Positions 61,245-64,000 of a stretch of 64,000 nucleotides of DNA are shown here, one piece after another (positions within the stretch are counted from its first letter, which is position 1; the number at the start of each line of letters is the position of its first letter). The position numbers were made by a program, and so were the translations under genes. This DNA comes from an uncultured Spirochaetota bacterium (GTDB lineage Bacteria > Spirochaetota > Brevinematia > Brevinematales > JAOACQ01): contig CAVYGN010000001.1 of NCBI GenBank assembly GCA_963768055.1, forward strand, positions 448,001 through 512,000, in the 5' to 3' direction. Below the pieces are notes generated by a model. The model did not search any database and had not been told where the DNA came from. It saw only the letters and a program-made list of their open reading frames with translations.

Positions 61245-61571
61245 ATGTATAAAGAATTAAAATATCATCATATAGGAATACCCACCAGCAAGCCTATTAA
61301 GGGTGAGGTTTATTTAAAAGATTATAAATGTTACCATTATGGATATGATAAAAGTGAATTCGGTATCGAACGGATGAGATATGAAAAAGATTGCCCGCTG
61401 CCTGAGATTGTAAAAACTCTCCCGCATGTTGCCTTTGAAGTAGATGATGTTTATGAAGCAATCAAAGGTAAAAAGGTTATAATCGAACCGAATAGCCCTT
61501 CAGAGGGAAATATAGTCGCTTTTGTCGAAGAGGACGGCGTTCCAATTGAATTAATACAGATAAAAAAGTAG
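61245..61571 (+). CDS. VOC/glyoxalase-like protein
   Basis: HHIGIPT, PHVAFEVDD, PIELIQ. Confidence 0.75.
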   Translation: MYKELKYHHIGIPTSKPIKGEVYLKDYKCYHYGYDKSEFGIERMRYEKDCPLPEIVKTLPHVAFEVDDVYEAIKGKKVIIEPNSPSEGNIVAFVEEDGVPIELIQIKK

Positions 61572-61691
61572 ATGCTCCCTTTGTTTTGCCTGCCCTCCTA
61601 TGTCAGGCCGGACAAAGAATGAAACCTTGATAAAAGAATAAGGAGAAGATAGAATAATGAATAATGCTTATTTTCAAAGATCGAGCATATA

Positions 61692-61877
61692 ATGGATAAA
61701 AATCTATACTTGCAATCATCAGAAATAATTGATTGGGAAACTCCCTCTGTTTTTAATAAAGCCAAAGAATTAGCATCGAATTCAGCGGATGAATTAGAGA
61801 TAGCCAAAAGGTGCTTTGAGTTGGTCCGTGATGAAATATTTCATTGCATGGCGATTAAATTGAAATTGTATCATTAA
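61692..61877 (+). pseudogene. Probable truncated transglutaminase-family gene (N-terminal stub)
   Basis: YLQSSEIIDW..P.V..A..L..CFELVRDEI.H resembles the N-terminus of transglutaminase-like proteins; stops at 61 aa. Confidence 0.55.
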
Positions 61878-61961
61878 TGGGAACCGGGGGAAACATCTTT
61901 CATTTCCCCTCAGGCCGGGCGGAATGCCCGGACTGTTTGAAATATTGGGAGGAGGATTATT

Positions 61962-62321
61962 ATGATTACAGGCGCTCATACAATCATTTATAGTACCGAC
62001 CCTGAAAAAGACCGTGAATTTTTCCGTGACATATTAAAATTTTACTCAATCGATATAGGTGACGGGTGGCTTATCTTTGGATTACCTCAGTCGGAAATGG
62101 CAATTCACCCTTCGGAAAAAAACAACATAGAAGAATTCTATCTGCTGTGCGATAACATTGATGAATTTGTAACCCAAATGAAGGATTTAAAAGTTCAGTG
62201 CAGCGAAGTGCAAAAACACTCCTGGGGCTTATTGGTAAAAGTGAAACTTCCAGGGGGAGGGGACTTGAAGATTTATCAGCCGCTGCACGAGAGCCCCCTG
62301 CCATCGGGAAGCAGGGATTGA
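61962..62321 (+). CDS. VOC family (glyoxalase/extradiol dioxygenase-like) protein
   Basis: GAHTIIYS, DREFFRD, GWLIF, WG...LPGGG..IYQP. Confidence 0.85.
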   Translation: MITGAHTIIYSTDPEKDREFFRDILKFYSIDIGDGWLIFGLPQSEMAIHPSEKNNIEEFYLLCDNIDEFVTQMKDLKVQCSEVQKHSWGLLVKVKLPGGGDLKIYQPLHESPLPSGSRD

Positions 62322-62439
62322 TTATTCGTAATTTTATTTTACTTCCATTTTCCAAAATTATCTTACTTATTTCTAACAATCAAGCTTATTATCTTATAAT
62401 AAATTAGTGAACCATTTTCTTACTTAATTATGCGATGAC

Positions 62440-62470
62440 AAAAACCCCCGTCCCTTTAAAGAACGGGGTT
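62440..62470 (-). terminator. Intrinsic terminator of the GH8-domain gene
   Basis: Minus strand AACCCCGTTC-TTTAAA-GGGACGGGGG-TTTTT. Confidence 0.7.
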
Positions 62471-62488
62471 GAAAATATGGCAGGATTA

Positions 62489-64000
62489 TTATTTCTTTTT
62501 TGCCAGTCCTTTAGAGATAGCGGAGTTCCAGTCGAATGGAACTTGATATACCTTGTCTCCCTGGTGAATCACAACAAATTTGCCCCACACGCACCCGTAA
62601 ACTTCACCGGTCGGAATGCCCCCCACTTGCGCTAATATGTCCACGTCCACGTAGCCCGAATTAGGAGCGATCAATGTTCCGCGCCAGGAAACGCCGGGGG
62701 CTATATATACCTGATTGGGAGAACCGGTAACCACCAGAATTTTTTTCGGGTCGGCGCCCGTGTTATCGGCGTGTTTGAGCATTTTTGTAAAACTCTTCAT
62801 GTTGAAATCACCCTTGACAAAAATTATTATCGGTCCGCCGGTCGTATCCATATAATTTGTGACATTGGGTTCTGCGTCATATGAATTGAAATAGTATATT
62901 CCGTTTGTGAATGTGATATTATTCCTGCCTTTCAGCGTTATATCCCCATAACTGCCGGGGGTTAGAACCGCCATTGACTGGCCAGGCTCGAGGTTAATAT
63001 TTGAGGTACCTGCTGTAATATTGCCGATGCTGAAATCCATGCAGCCCACGTCGTAATTGATATTTGATAAGAAATATGCATCGCCGTTTAAACAAGAGTA
63101 CTGATTTCCTAAAGCATCTACATTATATTCAGCAAGAATCGTCCCATAAACATGCGCGTCTCTCATTTTCAGTAAGCTCAAACCGCAATTGATGTTGAAT
63201 ACATAGCAGCCGACACCCACGTCAAGTTCATCCCCGGCCTTACTATTCAATGTGCCGGCTCCTATATTTCCCCAGGAAGTGCCGTCGGTGTTAAACAGGT
63301 ACGCCCTGTCATGGAATTCGCAGTGTTGCAATCCGTATACTCCGTAATTGATATATGAAAGGTCGATTGTAAGAGGTCCCAGGGTTACATATTGAGAGGG
63401 GTTTCTTACTATTTTAACGGCTGTCCCGTCATAAAAATTAATGAAATTTCCGGACAGGTACAGCAGCGACATCAGTCTCAAAGTATTCCCGTAATAATTG
63501 TTAGTATTTGCGTAAGATTCCTTATTATTTACCGTCTCCTGATAGAATGTTTGAGCATACCCCTGATCTCCGTATGTCAATACAGGCGTCGCGTTCATGG
63601 CTACGAAGGTCGCGGAATGCCATAATCCTCCCGTGCTATAATTAAATCCGTCTCTATCTAACGGGTTCCAGACCCCTCCGGCAATTGAGTATCCGTCTAC
63701 CAGGGTTGTTACTTTGTCAATAAAGAAGCTGCCTACGCGCGTGACAATGGGCTTGGCGTTAGCATCGTTGTACCAACTGTAATCCATGGACAATCTCCAT
63801 GGAACCCTTACAGCGTCATAATAGTAGTTAAAGCTCAACAAATCATAAGCATCCTTTGCCGTTAAAATTCCATCACCATCCCTGTCATCTACTCCATCTT
63901 CCACAGGCAGGTTCGTATTATAGCGCAGATAGTATAACCTGTCGCTAAGTCCCGTTCCCGAGCAGGTCTGAACTTTGCCGCTTGATGTCAGGCACCAATC
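62489..64000 (-). CDS. Glycoside hydrolase family 8 domain protein with beta-rich C-terminal extension, 5' end outside window
   Basis: Frame open to 64000 (DWC...); YDAVRVPWR and YYGNTLRLMSLL GH8-like motifs; C-terminal GTLIAP beta-solenoid-like region. Confidence 0.7.
   Translation of the reverse strand, partial: DWCLTSSGKVQTCSGTGLSDRLYYLRYNTNLPVEDGVDDRDGDGILTAKDAYDLLSFNYYYDAVRVPWRLSMDYSWYNDANAKPIVTRVGSFFIDKVTTLVDGYSIAGGVWNPLDRDGFNYSTGGLWHSATFVAMNATPVLTYGDQGYAQTFYQETVNNKESYANTNNYYGNTLRLMSLLYLSGNFINFYDGTAVKIVRNPSQYVTLGPLTIDLSYINYGVYGLQHCEFHDRAYLFNTDGTSWGNIGAGTLNSKAGDELDVGVGCYVFNINCGLSLLKMRDAHVYGTILAEYNVDALGNQYSCLNGDAYFLSNINYDVGCMDFSIGNITAGTSNINLEPGQSMAVLTPGSYGDITLKGRNNITFTNGIYYFNSYDAEPNVTNYMDTTGGPIIIFVKGDFNMKSFTKMLKHADNTGADPKKILVVTGSPNQVYIAPGVSWRGTLIAPNSGYVDVDILAQVGGIPTGEVYGCVWGKFVVIHQGDKVYQVPFDWNSAISKGLAKKK

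Noticed and set aside
58549..62321. Integron cassette array
   Set aside because: Small same-strand genes, but no repeated attC sites or integrase found

Overview
Gene-dense 64 kb bacterial window, probably from a spirochaete (inferred from three Borrelia P13-like genes, a LacI-type-sensor hybrid kinase/GGDEF and stand-alone PilZ proteins). No rRNA, tRNA, CRISPR array or transposase was recognised. 1-14.8 kb holds cell-surface glycosylation genes, c-di-GMP/PTS-Ntr signalling and an Rrf2-cysK-metY sulfur module with an IscR-like operator. About 16-52 kb is a large aryl-polyene/flexirubin-like type II fatty-acid/polyketide locus: tyrosine-type ammonia-lyase, aryl-CoA ligase, two ACPs, four catalytic ketosynthases, two CLF-like subunits, FabG, a fused double-hotdog dehydratase, thioesterase, acyltransferases, glycosyltransferases, a phytoene-desaturase-like enzyme, two B12-radical SAM enzymes, an alpha/beta-hydrolase-radical SAM/SPASM fusion and a LolCE/LolA-like exporter with no ATPase gene in the window. 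Several families of non-coding inverted repeats lie between genes; two of them enclose whole genes. 52-64 kb holds a second metY, lipid-metabolism genes, small accessory genes and the 3' part of a GH8-domain protein. All product calls come from motif recognition, not database searches.
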